This document shows, in pieces, positions 1 to 13,849 of a stretch of DNA of 64,000 nucleotides (within the stretch, counting starts at the first letter, position 1; every line of letters starts with the position of its first letter). Position numbers and translations under genes: made by a program. This stretch comes from the human T2T-CHM13v2.0 reference genome, Homo sapiens. Under the pieces are notes generated by a model. The model ran no database searches. It worked only from the letters and a program-made list of their open reading frames with translations, and had not been told where the DNA came from. The stretch lies in NCBI RefSeq assembly GCF_009914755.1, contig NC_060926.1. One strand, given 5' to 3'.

Positions 1-432
1 ACACAAGAATCCTTAACAAAATAATTAGCAAACCAAATCTGGAAACATAAAATAGATTATATACCGTGACTCTGTGGGACTTATCTCAGGAATGCAAAGT
101 GGATTTAATACTGAAAATCAATAATGTAAAATACCATATTAATAGAATAAAAGAAAAACATCACATGATCACCTTAGTACACACAAAAAAGGAATCTGAC
201 AAAAGCCAACACTCATTCATGATGAATACAAGGGGACTTCCTCAAGGGCATCTGTGAAAAATCTACAGTTAACATCATGCTTAATGATGAAAGATTGAAT
301 GTGTTACCCCTAAGACTGGAAAAAAGATGTTTGCTTTCACTATTTTTATTTATCATTGTATTGAAAGTTCTTGTCAGTGCAATAAGGCAAGAAAAAGAAA
401 TTAAAGGCATATACATTGAAAACGAAAAGTAA

Positions 433-560
433 GGTCAGGCACAGTGGCTCACACCTCTAACCCCAATAGTTTGGGAGGCCAAGGTGGGAGGATTGCTTGA
501 GGCCAAAATTTTGAGAGCAGCCTGAGTAACACAGCAAGAACCCCATCTCTATAAAATAAA
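433..560 (+). mobile_element. Alu left monomer (FLAM/AluJ-like)
   Basis: ggtcaggcacagtggctcac...ctctataaaataaa. Confidence 0.8.
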
Positions 561-1003
561 TAGTTATTAAATGAAGTGCTCAATATATATGAATATTTTT
601 TTAAAAAAGAAAATAAAAAGTAAAACTGTCATTATTCAGAAATGACATGATACTATCTACAGAAAATCGTAATGAATCTATAAAAAGTCTACTAGAAATA
701 ATCACCAAGTTTGCAGTGAAGTAGGATACAAGATCAATATGCAAAATAAATCATCTTTTTATATAATGGCAACAATTTGAAAATAAAGTTAAGAAAACAA
801 TTCCATCCAAATTAATGTAAAAATGAATAAAATACTCAGGAATACATTTAACAACTGAAGTGCAAGACCTGCATACTGAAAATTACAAAATACCATTGAA
901 AGAAATTAAAGATCTAAATAAAAGGAGAAAAATGCCATGTTCATGGATTTGAAAACCCAGCAAGATATCAGCTTTTCATAAATTCATCTATAAACTAATT
1001 CCT

Positions 1004-1317
1004 GGCCAGGAGTGGTGGCACATGCCTGTAATCCCAGCTCTTTGGGAGGCTGAGGCAGAAGGATTACTTGAGCCGAAAAGTTTGAGACAAGCCCGGTCAA
1101 CATAGTGAGACCCTATCTCTAAAAAAATAAAAAATAATTAGCCAGGTTCTAGTGGCCCTCGCCTGTGGTCTCAGCTGCTTGGGATGTTGAGGCGGGAGGA
1201 TCACCTGAGCCCAGGAGTTTGAGGCTACATTGAGTTATGATTATGCCACTGCACTCTAGCCTAGGCAATGCAGCAAGACCCTGTCTCTAAAAAGCCAAAA
1301 TGAACAAAATTAAACAA
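1004..1317 (+). mobile_element. AluJ
   Basis: Dimeric Alu; TSD-like taattcct. Confidence 0.85.
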
Positions 1318-1596
1318 AATTAATTCCTTATACAAATTCCAACAGGCTTTATTTGGACAGAAATTGAAACTAAGATTTATACGGAAATGCATACGACCCA
1401 GAATAGCCAAATCAACTTTGAAAAAGAACAAATTTAGAATATTTATATTAAAAATTTATCTTAAATTTGACTTAAAATTTTACTATAAAGTTATGGTAAA
1501 TCAAGACTGTGGTACCAGCATAAAGACATATATCAATGAAACATAATAATGAGTCAAGAAATAAACCCTTCTATTTATGGTCAATTGACTTTTAAA

Positions 1597-1910
<314 letters not shown>

Positions 1911-2554
1911 TGACTTTTGACAAAGTTGCTGCAGCAATTCGACAAGGAAAGAATAGTCTTTTCAACAAATGATACTAGGACCATTGGATATCCATATGCA
2001 AAACAAACAACAAACACACACAGTAGACAGACACCTCACACAATATAGCAAAATTAACTCAAAATGGACAAAGACCAAAATGTAAGCGTTAAAACTGTAT
2101 AACTTCTAGAAAAAAAAAAAGAGGAGAAAAATCTTTGTGACTTTCAGTTATGCAGATTTCTTAGATATGACACCATAAGCATGATTCATAAAAGAAAAAA
2201 TAGATAAAATGGAATTTATCAACATTAAAATCTTTTGCTCCTCAAAAAATTTCCCCATTAAGAAAATGAAAAGCTAAGCCACAGACTAAAGAAAAATATT
2301 AGCAAATCTTATATCTGATAAAATATTTGTATCCAGAATACATAGAGAGCATGCTTACAACTCAATAGGAGGTTAAACAACCCAATTTAAAAATGGACAA
2401 AAGATGTGAATAGACATTTTACCAAAGATACACAAATGTCTACTAAGCACATGAAAGGATGCTGTTAGCCATTAGGGAAGTGTTAATTAAAATTGCAATA
2501 AGATAGCATTACATACACATTAGAATGACTAAAATCCAAAGACTGACAATATCA

Positions 2555-3282
<728 letters not shown>

Positions 3283-4844
3283 ATTAACCATAAACAGCAA
3301 TTTCACTCCTCAGTATCTATCCAGGAAAAATTTTAAAATAGATCTAACAATGACATGTAAGCAAATGTTCACAGCACCATTATTCAGAAGAGGTCCCTAT
3401 ATGGAAAACAATCCAAATGTTCATCAGCTGATGAATGTGTAAACAAAATGTGGATTATCCATGCAACGAAATACTATTCAGCAACAAAAAGGAATGAACT
3501 TGCTATAATGTAGATGAACATTAAAAAAAAAAAAAAAAAAGAAAAAAGAACCACATGCCCCAAAACATAATGCTAAGTGAGAGAAGACAGACACAAAATC
3601 CTACATATTTTATAATTCCATTACAGGAAATTTCTAGAAAAGACAAATGTGCAAGTGAGAAGGGCACATCTCCTCTGTGGTATTCTTGGCAAAAATGCAA
3701 AATCTAAATCTAATTATGAGTTAACAATAGACATGGCCAAACTGAAGGGCATTCTACGAATAACCGGCCTGTACTCTTAATAAAGAATGTCAACGTCATG
3801 AAAGAAAAGATCAAAGCACTGTTCCAGATTGAAGACTAGAGAGATGGAAAAACAAAATGCGACGTGTGATCCTGAACTGGATCCTGGACTGGTGAACAAC
3901 ATGACCATAAAGGATACTTCTAAGATAATTGGCAAAATCTAAATTTCGACTGCAGATTTGATATCAGTTTCCTGATTTTGGTAATTTGTACTGTGATTAT
4001 ATAAGAAAATGTCCTAGTTCTTGGGAATACACTGAAGTATTTACGGGTGAAGGGATCTGATGTCTGCAACTTACTCTCAAATGGTACAGAAAAATTAATA
4101 TGCATGTGTTATATACACACTAAAAAGAAAACGATAAACAACATAAAAATTGAGCAAAACGTAAACAGTGAGTCCAGATATATGAGTTTATTACACTCTT
4201 ATTGCCAGCTTGAAATTATTATATCAAAGTAGTTATTTTAAAGTGTGTTATCTCACTTTTCTTCTTTATATTTACTTTTATTACACCAAAGACATCTTTC
4301 TCAAACATCAACAGGATGAGATATCATCAGAAATGTCTTATGGCCTCAAATGCCACAGAATAAAGTTCAAACTGTAGTATGATATTTACAGTTCTGTACG
4401 CCGTGGCCCCAATTTACCTTGCCAGCATCACTTCTCAGATTCTTCCCCAAACACTTTCAGGTCTCTAAGTCTCCCTTCATACCCCTGCCTGGAATGTCTG
4501 ACCCTTAAATCTTCATCTTTTTCAAGTTCAAGTCAAATGTCTTTCTGCTTAGCTTCTCCCAATCCCCAAAAGCAGGTTCTTTCTCTGCTCGCATGCTATG
4601 TTAACGACTTCCTTTCACCCTTTCAAAAACATTATCACATTGCCTTCTATTGTTAGCCTATTGTCTGGCACATAGTGGACCTCCGCTGTGGCCCTACCGT
4701 AATGTTATTTTTCTAACCTTTCTATTAAATATGTAAAATGACTTACTTTTTAAAGCAAAGGCAATAAGTACATTTTGATTATTAATACAGTACTTGGACA
4801 AGAAATCAAGATTAAATGGTGATATAGCTATTGGCAGAAAGTAG

Positions 4845-5183
<339 letters not shown>

Positions 5184-5653
5184 GAAATTATTTTTCATAG
5201 TCATCTTTGACCTTCAAACTGAAGCTTTATACTTTTTGGCTACAGGGCTTCCTGACTTCAGAATTTACCAAATATTTGACTCTCAAGTTAAAGTTCTGTG
5301 TACAAAGGCAGATAGGTATAGAACTGAGCCCACTTATGATTATCAAAAGAGGTAGATAGATACTTGAGTGGCTCACTAAATTCTTTGAAAATTTCTATTT
5401 AATTTCCTTAGTCTCAAGGGTTTGCAAAATGATGTACACAGAAACAGAATAGACTTGGAGGTAGGTTATTTTCCATGATTGTATCACAAATCAAGTCCTG
5501 AGAACTCAAGCCAGCCTAAGGAATACAATGAAAGAAGGAAAACAAAAATCAAGAAAGGGAGAGGTAGAAAAAAAGAAGAGTGAAAAAACACATTTTCTAA
5601 TCTAGGAGCTTTAGGAAACTCATGTAAACAGTGGCATTAGGAATGATGCGGAT

Positions 5654-5950
5654 GGCCGGGCGTGGTGGCTCACACCTGTAATCCCAGCACTTTGGGAGGT
5701 TGAGGCGGGTGGAGCACTTGAAGCCAGGAGTTGGAGACCAGCCTGGCCAATGTGGTGAAACCCCATTTCTTCTAAAAATACAAAAAAAGTTGCTGGGCGT
5801 GGTGTCCTGCCTCTGTAGTCCCAGCTACTTGTGGGGCTGAGGCAAGAGGATCGCTGAACCTGGGAGGTCAAGGTTGCTGAACCTGGGAGGTCAGCGAGCC
5901 AAGGTGGCGCCACCGCCCCCAAGCCTGGGGAACAAAGTGAGACCCTGTCT

Positions 5951-5981
<31 letters not shown>
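5654..5981 (+). mobile_element. Alu (J/S) with long A tail and internal 18-bp duplication
   Basis: TSD aggaatga(t/c)g; gctgaacctgggaggtca repeated at 5853 and 5876. Confidence 0.9.
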
Positions 5982-5983
<2 letters not shown>

Positions 5984-6404
5984 AATGACGAGGAAAAAGA
6001 GATTTTGAAGATCAGTTAGGGAATCCACAGGCTGGTAAAGTCACAACCTCCTATGTTGTTATTGTTTTCAACCAAACCAAACATGAATTTATATTTAATA
6101 AAACTAATTAGTCAAATGGGCCATTAAATCATTGTTTTATCAACATAACAGTGAATTATTGAATTTCAAAAGTACACACACCTGTTTATAAACCTGTCCA
6201 GTTGACAATACAATCAGACTAATTAAAAGCATCCCCAGAAAACCAGAATACCACATAATTATACAAAATCCGATAAAGTAATTTTGTTTAAATATATCAC
6301 ATTTCGTGTGTGCACATAACAGATCTGCAAGTCAAGCACAAATCCACTTTATTTCCAGGCCTCTGGTCTTCAGCCTTCTTCATTTAATGACAGTTCTCTT
6401 TCTC

Positions 6405-6912
6405 GGCCATAGGTAGGCCTCCGCCTTGCGCGCTCCTCGGCCCCCGCCGCCGCCCACTCCCTGGGCAGCACCATTTCCGCCCCGAGGGACCCTCACCGGG
6501 TCAGTGCTGCCACCTCGAATCCGCCCCTTCCCTTCCAGGGGCCACCGAAGCGGAAGGCGGTCCCGCTTTTCTTTCGGGGAACTTTTCTTGGTTCCTGCAA
6601 CTGGGATCCGCAGTCTAGACCTCGCGGCTCACCCCATCAACCCCGCACGCTGCCCGCAGTTCCCCCGCCGCCGGCAGAATCCGCACTTACTGCACCCACA
6701 GGGCGACGGTGACGAAGCTTCGAGCAGCGCCGAACAGCCCCAGCCCCAGCTCCCGCGCGTGTCGCTCGGAGGAGGCGCCGTGTACCCAGCGACTTCGGAG
6801 CCAGCGGAACCGCCGCAGCGTCTCCCGGGCAACCGGAACGCTAGGGCGCGCGGGGCACTGCGGCTTCCGGAGCGGGTTCCCCTGGCGCTGGCAGCCCCAG
6901 CCCTGATCCTTC
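6405..6912 (-). promoter_or_regulatory. CDKL4: CpG-island promoter, probably of CDKL4 (gene assignment from recalled gene order, no CDKL4 coding sequence in window)
   Basis: Non-repeat GC/CpG-rich segment; ETS CCGGAAG (6864-6870), RFX X-box (6820-6833), strong minus-strand donor. Confidence 0.65.
6691..6860 (-). other. CDKL4: Putative non-coding first exon (5' boundary approximate)
   Basis: Donor GCA|GTAAGT (+ strand acttac at 6685-6690) within the CpG island. Confidence 0.55.
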
Positions 6913-8339
6913 TGAGAGGTGACAGCGTGCTGGCAGTCCTCACAGCCCTCGCTCGGTCTCGACGCCTCCTATGCCTGGGCTCCCACTTTGGCGGCACTTG
7001 AGGAGCCCTTCAGCCCACCGCTGCACTGTGGGAGCCCCTTTCTGGGCTGGCCAAGGCCGGAGCCCACTCCCTCAGCTTGCAGGGAGCTGTGGAGGGAGAG
7101 GCGCGAGCGGGAACCGGGGCTGCGCACGGCGCTTGCGGGCCAGCTGGAGTTCCGGGTGGGCGTGGGCTTGGCGGGCCCCGCACTCTGAGCAGCCCGCCGG
7201 CTCTGCCGACCCCGGGCAATGAGGGACTTAGCACCCGGGCCAGCGGCTGCAGAAGGTGTAATGGGTCCCCCAGCAGTGCCAGCCCACCGGCGCTGCGCTC
7301 GATTTCTCACTGGGCCTTAGCTGCCTTCCTGCGGGGCAGGGCTTGGGACCTGCAGCCCGCCATACCTGAGCCTCCCACCCCCTCCATGGGTTCCTGTGCG
7401 GCCGGAACCTTCCCGACGAGTGCCACCCCCTGCTCCACGGCGCCCAGTCCCATCGACCACCCAAGGGCTGAGGAGTGCGAGCGAACGGCGCGGGACTGGC
7501 AGGCAGCTCCACCTGCAGCCCCTGTGCGGGATCCACTTGTTGAAGCCAGCTGGGCTCCTGAGTCTGGTGGGGACGTGGAGAACATTTATGTCTAGCTCAG
7601 GGATTGTAAATACACCAATCGGCACTCTGTATCTAACTCAAGGTTTGTAAACACACCAATCAGCACCCTGTGTCTAGCTCAGGGTTTGTGAATGCACCAG
7701 TCGACACTCTGTATCTAGCTGCTCTGGTGGGGCCTTGGAGAACCTTTGTGTCGCTACTCTGTATCTAACTGATCTGATGGGGACGTGGAGAACCTTTATG
7801 TCTAGCTCAGGGATTGTAAACACACCAGTCAGCACCCTGTCAAAACAGACCACTGGGTTCTACCAATCAGCAGGTCGTGGGTGGGACCAAATAAGAGAAT
7901 AAAAGCCGGCTGCACGAGCGAGCAGTGGCAACACACTCGGGTTCCTTTCCACACTGTGGAAGCTTTGTTCTTTCGCTCTTTGCAACAAATCTTGCTACTG
8001 CTCACTCTGGGTCCACGCCGCTTTTATGAGTTGTAACACTCACCGCGAAGATCTGCAGCTTCACTCTTGAAGCCAGCGACACCACGAGTTCACCGGGAGG
8101 AAGGAACAACTCCAGACGCGCTGCCTTAAGAGCTGTAACACTCACCGCAAGGTCTGCAGCTTCACTCCTGAGCCAGCGAGACCACGAACCCACCAGAAGG
8201 AAGAAACCCCGAACACATCTGAACATCAGAAGGAACAAACTCCAGACGCGCCAGCTTAAGAGCTGTAACACTCACCGCGAGGGTCCGCGGCTTCATTCTT
8301 GAAGTCAGTGACTGCAAGAACCCACCAATTCCGGACATA
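6913..8339 (+). mobile_element. Solo LTR12C (ERV9) LTR, 1,427 bp
   Basis: Begins tgagaggtgacagcgtgctggcag, ends cccaccaattccggacata; 4-bp TSD cttc at 6909-6912 and 8340-8343; CCAAT-containing U3 repeats and U5 repeats. Confidence 0.95.
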
Positions 8340-9568
8340 CTTCCTCTTGGTGGGTATAACCTCGGGGCCGAGCCTGTAGCATCAGGCTGTGAACGGAGCA
8401 AAAGTTGAATGAGAGCGCTCAGGAAACATTTCAACCACTTTCCCCTTAATACTGTGATTACACCATGTCCCCTTCTTTCCCAAGGCATCGAGAGCACTGA
8501 AAAACAGCACACGTAACTGTTGAATATTGATTAGTTCGTTTCCCTGCCTGGGCAGAGACCTTCAGTTTGCAAGATTCTCTGTCATTAGTCATTACTTTTC
8601 GGTCTTGTTTAATTATCCAAATACCTTTTCAGCAGACTTCTGTAGGTTTTTGCGTGAAAAGCAGCTATGGATCAGAGGCCATTTTCCTAATTCACCTAGC
8701 ATTGTACTAGTACCTGAGGCCTAAGAATCAGACACAGGTTTGACACCCATTAGGGAAGAAAGTCAATGAAACAAATAATGTAATGAATGCTCTGTGGAGA
8801 TAATGTATTACTTGGGAAAGAGAATTTTGGCTAGAGCTTACCCATTTTATTCCCAGGACTAACTTAGAAATGCTATATGTTAATAAGCACACACGTACTT
8901 TGTTTCAGCATTAGCAAAATGCTCCCCGTGATCATGGCCAGGTTTAGCATCTCCATACTTCCCTAAACAGGTGACTCTCTTCTCCTTTTCTCATCCATCT
9001 CATTTCTTTTCCACTTCTTTCATTTGCTTAGATACATGCTGAAATCTCCCATCTTTAACAAACAAAATCAAAACAAAAACCTTTATCTCCTTCCTCTTTT
9101 GAGACCAAATACACTTCCACTAAAGTCAAATACTCATAAAATTCACATCTATCCAATTCCTATATAATTTCCACCATCTATCATGCTATAGAAAAATTTC
9201 TCATTAAGTATACAAGTATCACCTTACGTACAAATCCATCAACCCATTTATATCTTCATGATACTTGCTCTCCAGTTTCTGAAACTGTTGATTCCTAGCT
9301 GCTTCTCTCATAAGGAGGCTCTTCACAACCAGGCCCATCTTTTTATGCAGCTTCCTGCCCTATTACTCTGCTTCAGGCACCCGAAACTCTGGTTCATTCA
9401 ATTCAATGTCACTATTTCTTGAACATGCAGTATTTGCATATGCCTTGGTCTAGGCTACAGGTTCCTACCTTGCTTTCTTACTGCATATGGTAAATTTCTC
9501 TTCATCTATCAACAACCTGGTTTACAAATCTTACTACACAAAGCAGAATTAGGCACAACCTCTTGTAC

Positions 9569-9862
9569 CTTTTTTTTTTTGGAAACAGAGGCTCACTCTG
9601 TTGCCTAGGCTAAAGTGCAGTGTCACAATCATAGCTCATTGCAGCCTCAAACTCTTGGGCTCAAGTGATTCTCTTGCCTCAGCCTCCCTCCCCAGTAGCT
9701 GGGACTATAGGCATGTGCCATTATACTTGGCTAATTTCATTTTTTGTAGAGAAGGAGACTTGCTATGTAACTCAGGCTGATCTTGAACTCCTAGGCTCAA
9801 GTGATTCTCCCACCTCAGCCTCCCAGTGTTGGGATTAGAGATTTGAGCCATCACACTGGGCC
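9569..9862 (-). mobile_element. AluJ
   Basis: TSD tgtacctt. Confidence 0.88.
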
Positions 9863-10324
9863 TGTACCTTGTTTTAATACTACTTACTTCCGTTTGCCTT
9901 TATTCATCCAAGTGTGCTCCTTGGATGAATACTGGTTGGGAATTAAACCTTTTCCATCTCTTCTCCAGTGCTAGTAAAGTGCCTTGGCTACAGTGTAAAT
10001 AATCACTATATGTTGTATAAGTAATTGTCTCACAAAAGTTAAAAAAGTCTTTGTTATAATGACTTTTGACTACTTATTTAATATACTTTGACTGTAAATT
10101 TTATGTAAATCCTTTTATCTTTATACCAAATTTGGATAAGAAAAATGCCTTTCGGTAAAGCAAAAAATTAAGACAGAAGTTAGTATCTCTTGTGCAGAAA
10201 CAGTGAAAATAAAAATCTGAAATCCAACACCTGGAGAAAAAAAATCTAATTTTAGAGGAAAGAATGAGAGAGTCTGTTTTAGTGGGCAGTGGATATACTG
10301 CATGTATTTTATGTAATAGTCTTG

Positions 10325-10550
10325 CACAGTGGTTAAGAGAATACACTTTGAATCAAGTGCCGAGGTTCAAATTTTGCTGTATTATTTACCAGCTATAGTC
10401 CTGGGCAAGCTGCTAAAACTTTCTGTGCCTGTTTCTTCATCTGTAAAACAGAGTTAATAATACCTCACAGGGGTGTTCTGGGGCTTAAGTGGGACTATAT
10501 AAAGCATGCAGATGAGTACCTGGCACACACATACGTGAACTGGGAATGTA
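10325..10550 (+). mobile_element. MIR
   Basis: Core ctgggcaagctgctaaaactttctgtgcctgtttcttcatctgtaaaa. Confidence 0.7.
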
Positions 10551-11614
10551 TTATATGCTCTCTTAGTGTTTACCCATTATTTTGTATAGCACACACTTTC
10601 ACCTCTCCGCCAGTAATGGTGAAAACTAATAGCATCTGTCCTTTTGTTTCCTGGTCTCTACTGAAATCAGAGTCACATGTGCAAGCTGAATGATGCCATT
10701 AGGCCCATAACCGGTTGATCTCATTCTCCTCAAAACCAGTGTCTATGCAATTAGCTAATAAGATCGCTTTAACTTCAATAAAGATGAAATAGATTGTTTC
10801 CAACATTTAAGTGAGTGGCTGTCTTCCTTTTGTGTATGTAAAGATCCATAATCAAAAATTCCTGGGTGGAATCTAGAAATTTGTACTTTTAAGTATTACC
10901 AAAGATGATTCTGAGGCACACTTGGACACACTCAGAAGCACTGATTTAAATTTAGTGCCCACCAGTGGTTTCATGTTGCGATGCACATCAGAATCATTTG
11001 TACAACTTTATAAAAATATAGGTTACTGAGCCTCAGCCCTCAAGATTATGACTCCAGATATATCTTAGAAACCTCCTGGGTAATACACAACCAGTTATGT
11101 ATTTTATTTTTTGAAAATGTTTCTAAGTGTTTAACAGCTAAATGTGATGACTAACGTTTTTTGAGATATGACCCTTTATGTAAGTCTTAAAAACTGAAAA
11201 AAAAGTGGTTCAGAAAAAGGATAAACTAAACAACCTGTCAGTAAGAGCCAAGAACAGAATCTTGATCACTTAAAAATCTTCACTTAAAAATCTTTTCCAA
11301 CAGTCTCTGTTTTGCAGCAAATTGATAATGTTATACTGACAAAGATGTGTGAAAAAACATAGTCATTAGTCACTAATGATAGGATTATTCCCAATGTGGG
11401 AAAAGTGATAAATGAACTCAGTTGTTATGGTTATTAGCATCTGTACGATTTTAGATGTGGAAACTGTTAAATTATTCAAGGCCATTGTGACACGTAGTGG
11501 CATAAGCAATATGGAAATGGTGCCTCTTGATCCCCAATCCAGTTCTTCCCTCTTAATCTTCCCCTTCCTTACCTCCAGAACTGCATTTCCCAATGCTTCC
11601 TTACTTTCTCTAAC

Positions 11615-11837
11615 CCAGGCACTAGCACATTTTTTCTGTAAAGGGTCAGCAAAGTAAGAATTTTAGGCTTTTCAGACCATATAGTGTTTCAGAAGCCACT
11701 CAACTCAAATATTGTAGCACCAAAGCAGCATAGACAGCATGTAAGTGAATACGTGGTGTTGTGCTCCATTAAAACTTTATTTACAAGAACAGGCAGTAGG
11801 CTGGATTGGTCTGAGGACTGTAGTTTGTGGACCCCTG
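11615..11837. mobile_element. MER58A-like hAT-Charlie MITE
   Basis: cagg...cctg termini, ttttctgtaaagggtcag, flanking duplication ctctaac. Confidence 0.8.
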
Positions 11838-12112
11838 CCTCTAACCAGAAAACTATGAATGTTTGACTTTTCTTATCAGGAAGTCGAAGTTTCTGCAAAA
11901 GATGCCCTTTTCTCCTGTGTGGAAATATTAATGCTTCATGAAACTGAAACCCCATATCAAATAAAAATCATGATTTGAGGGACCAAAATTCAATACTTAA
12001 GAATTTAACTACAAAACAAATAAAGCTTTCCCCTCTTAATATATTTTAGTGTTACTATATACAGATTAAACCAGATGACAAGCTACTATACAACAGCATG
12101 TTAAAAAACATG

Positions 12113-12118
12113 TTTATT
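12113..12118 (-). terminator. MAP4K3 polyadenylation signal AATAAA
   Basis: tttatt on + strand; UGUA just upstream and GU-rich ctgttgtatagt downstream on the minus strand. Confidence 0.85.
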
Positions 12119-12372
12119 TTACAATATGTACAATCAGGAACATATTTTAAAACCATTACCATTAAAATAAATGAAGATCATAAATCACAATTTAGTTTGT
12201 TCTTAGTGTATATACTCACATTAAAATATAAAGAACATATACCAAAAAGAGCCAAAAGTGTGCATTTTGCTAAAACCTGGTATATACATATTCCATTGGA
12301 AAAAAGCAATCAAAAATGACTTAAACCAAAACTAAGTTCCTGTGATGTGTAGTAACCATTATATTGTTTGTA

Positions 12373-12380
12373 TGAGGTAG
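12373..12380 (-). promoter_or_regulatory. let-7 8mer site (CUACCUCA) in MAP4K3 3'UTR
   Basis: + strand tgaggtagta (12373-12382) equals the first 10 nt of let-7. Confidence 0.8.
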
Positions 12381-13435
12381 TAACTAAATTATTTTGGCCA
12401 TGTATTAATACTCTAAGTCAAAAGAAATATGAAAAGGATCATAAAATAAGGCCAACAAAAGTAAAAATTCCAAGAGAAATTTGAACCACTTCACTCTATG
12501 GAATGTTACAGTTCTTCAGTGTGATCATATGAAATGTTTAGTGAGGACTCTTTAATAATGCTAATTAATTCTTTGTGCATACTGTAATTCTGACCACAAT
12601 TGCAGTATTCTATCATGGTACCGCTATTCTGTGATTCAAAAATGTTCAAAGGTATTGTTTTTAAGCAAAGACAAGCAATCTTACAGGATTCTGCTTAAAT
12701 ATAAAAAGACCAGTTACTACAACATGTGGTTAATTATAATTGGTTTGCTTCACATAGAAAACAATCCAAATACATTTGTGGAGCCAAATGCTTATAGACA
12801 ATGTCACAGCTTACTTTTGTGACTTAATACATCACATATCAATACTCTGTGCAAATATAAACACCAGTGTACTTGCATTAAAATTAAAAAGATTATAAAA
12901 TGATTACAGCCTCCATTACAATTTTAAAAGTTACAAGATTTATATTCATATTACTAAATTACATATAATAAAAATACAATAGTGTTAAATGTATTGTTTC
13001 ATTGCCAGCATCCCATTTTGTAATATAGCCACACCCAAGAATATACTAAAGAATTCTTAAAATATTAACCCCAATTGCATTTTCATCAACATTTACATCT
13101 GTACAGATAAGACACTTACTTGTACATCTCATAAAAGTACATTATCTACATAAATTCTTAGTGTATGTCTTCAGCAATATGAAGTTTCACAGAAAAAATA
13201 CTGCCTATATGTACAAAGATTACATAACAATGAATTAAGCACTTGTGTGGTTCAATATGCTAAATATATCCATACCACTTAAAACAAAATTTTCCCCATC
13301 TTATCTCATGCCACAATAAATTACAAAGTAACTGAAGACAGGTTACTGCAGCTTTTGTACAGCTTCAAGCATCCATTAATGTTGCAGTGGTAGTGTTCTT
13401 TCTTTCTAGAGTTAACTGTCAAAGCACAACAATTC

Positions 13436-13523
13436 TCAGTAACTGTTTTCATGACCCGCCAGGATGTACAAATTGCTATTTGCTGTGGGGTTATCAGTTG
13501 GCCTACTTTCCAAAACCACGACC
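13436..13523 (-). CDS. MAP4K3: MAP4K3 last coding exon: (R)[28 protein letters not shown]
   Basis: tttcag|GGTCGTG...TAC TGA; stop at 13438-13436. Confidence 0.98.
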
Positions 13524-13849
13524 CTGAAAGTAATAAAAAACATATAACAAAACAAAGTTATTCCTGAAAATTAATGTTAGCTCCCAAATTTTCCATTGCT
13601 TCTCCAATATGTGCCTCTATAAATGCTGCTCATTTGATCGTGGGCAGAAATCATTTGCTATCACTGTGATTACAGGGCCAGTTCTAGCTCTGGGAAGTAA
13701 TTTTGCTGTCCACTACCTCCCACCTCTAGGCCAGTGTTCTTCTAAGAGTCAGAAGTGGGGAGAAACCTATATTAGAAATTATTTGGGGGAACTTAATTCT
13801 TATTACAAGTTCTAAAAACGATTTGCAGTTCAAGAACCAGAAGCTAAAT

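Larger units (their letters stand above)
12095..13435 (-). other. MAP4K3: MAP4K3 3'UTR (~1.34 kb, AU-rich, no recognisable repeats)
   Basis: Runs from stop codon to AATAAA; contains miRNA seed matches and Pumilio elements; exact 3' end estimated. Confidence 0.85.

Noticed and set aside
6426-7650. Many overlapping long ORFs (up to 191 aa)
   Set aside because: GC-rich CpG island and LTR12C U3 lack stop codons by composition; no recognisable domain
7545-8300. Repeat-spacer-like arrays
   Set aside because: Normal U3 and U5 tandem repeats of LTR12, not CRISPR or a novel array
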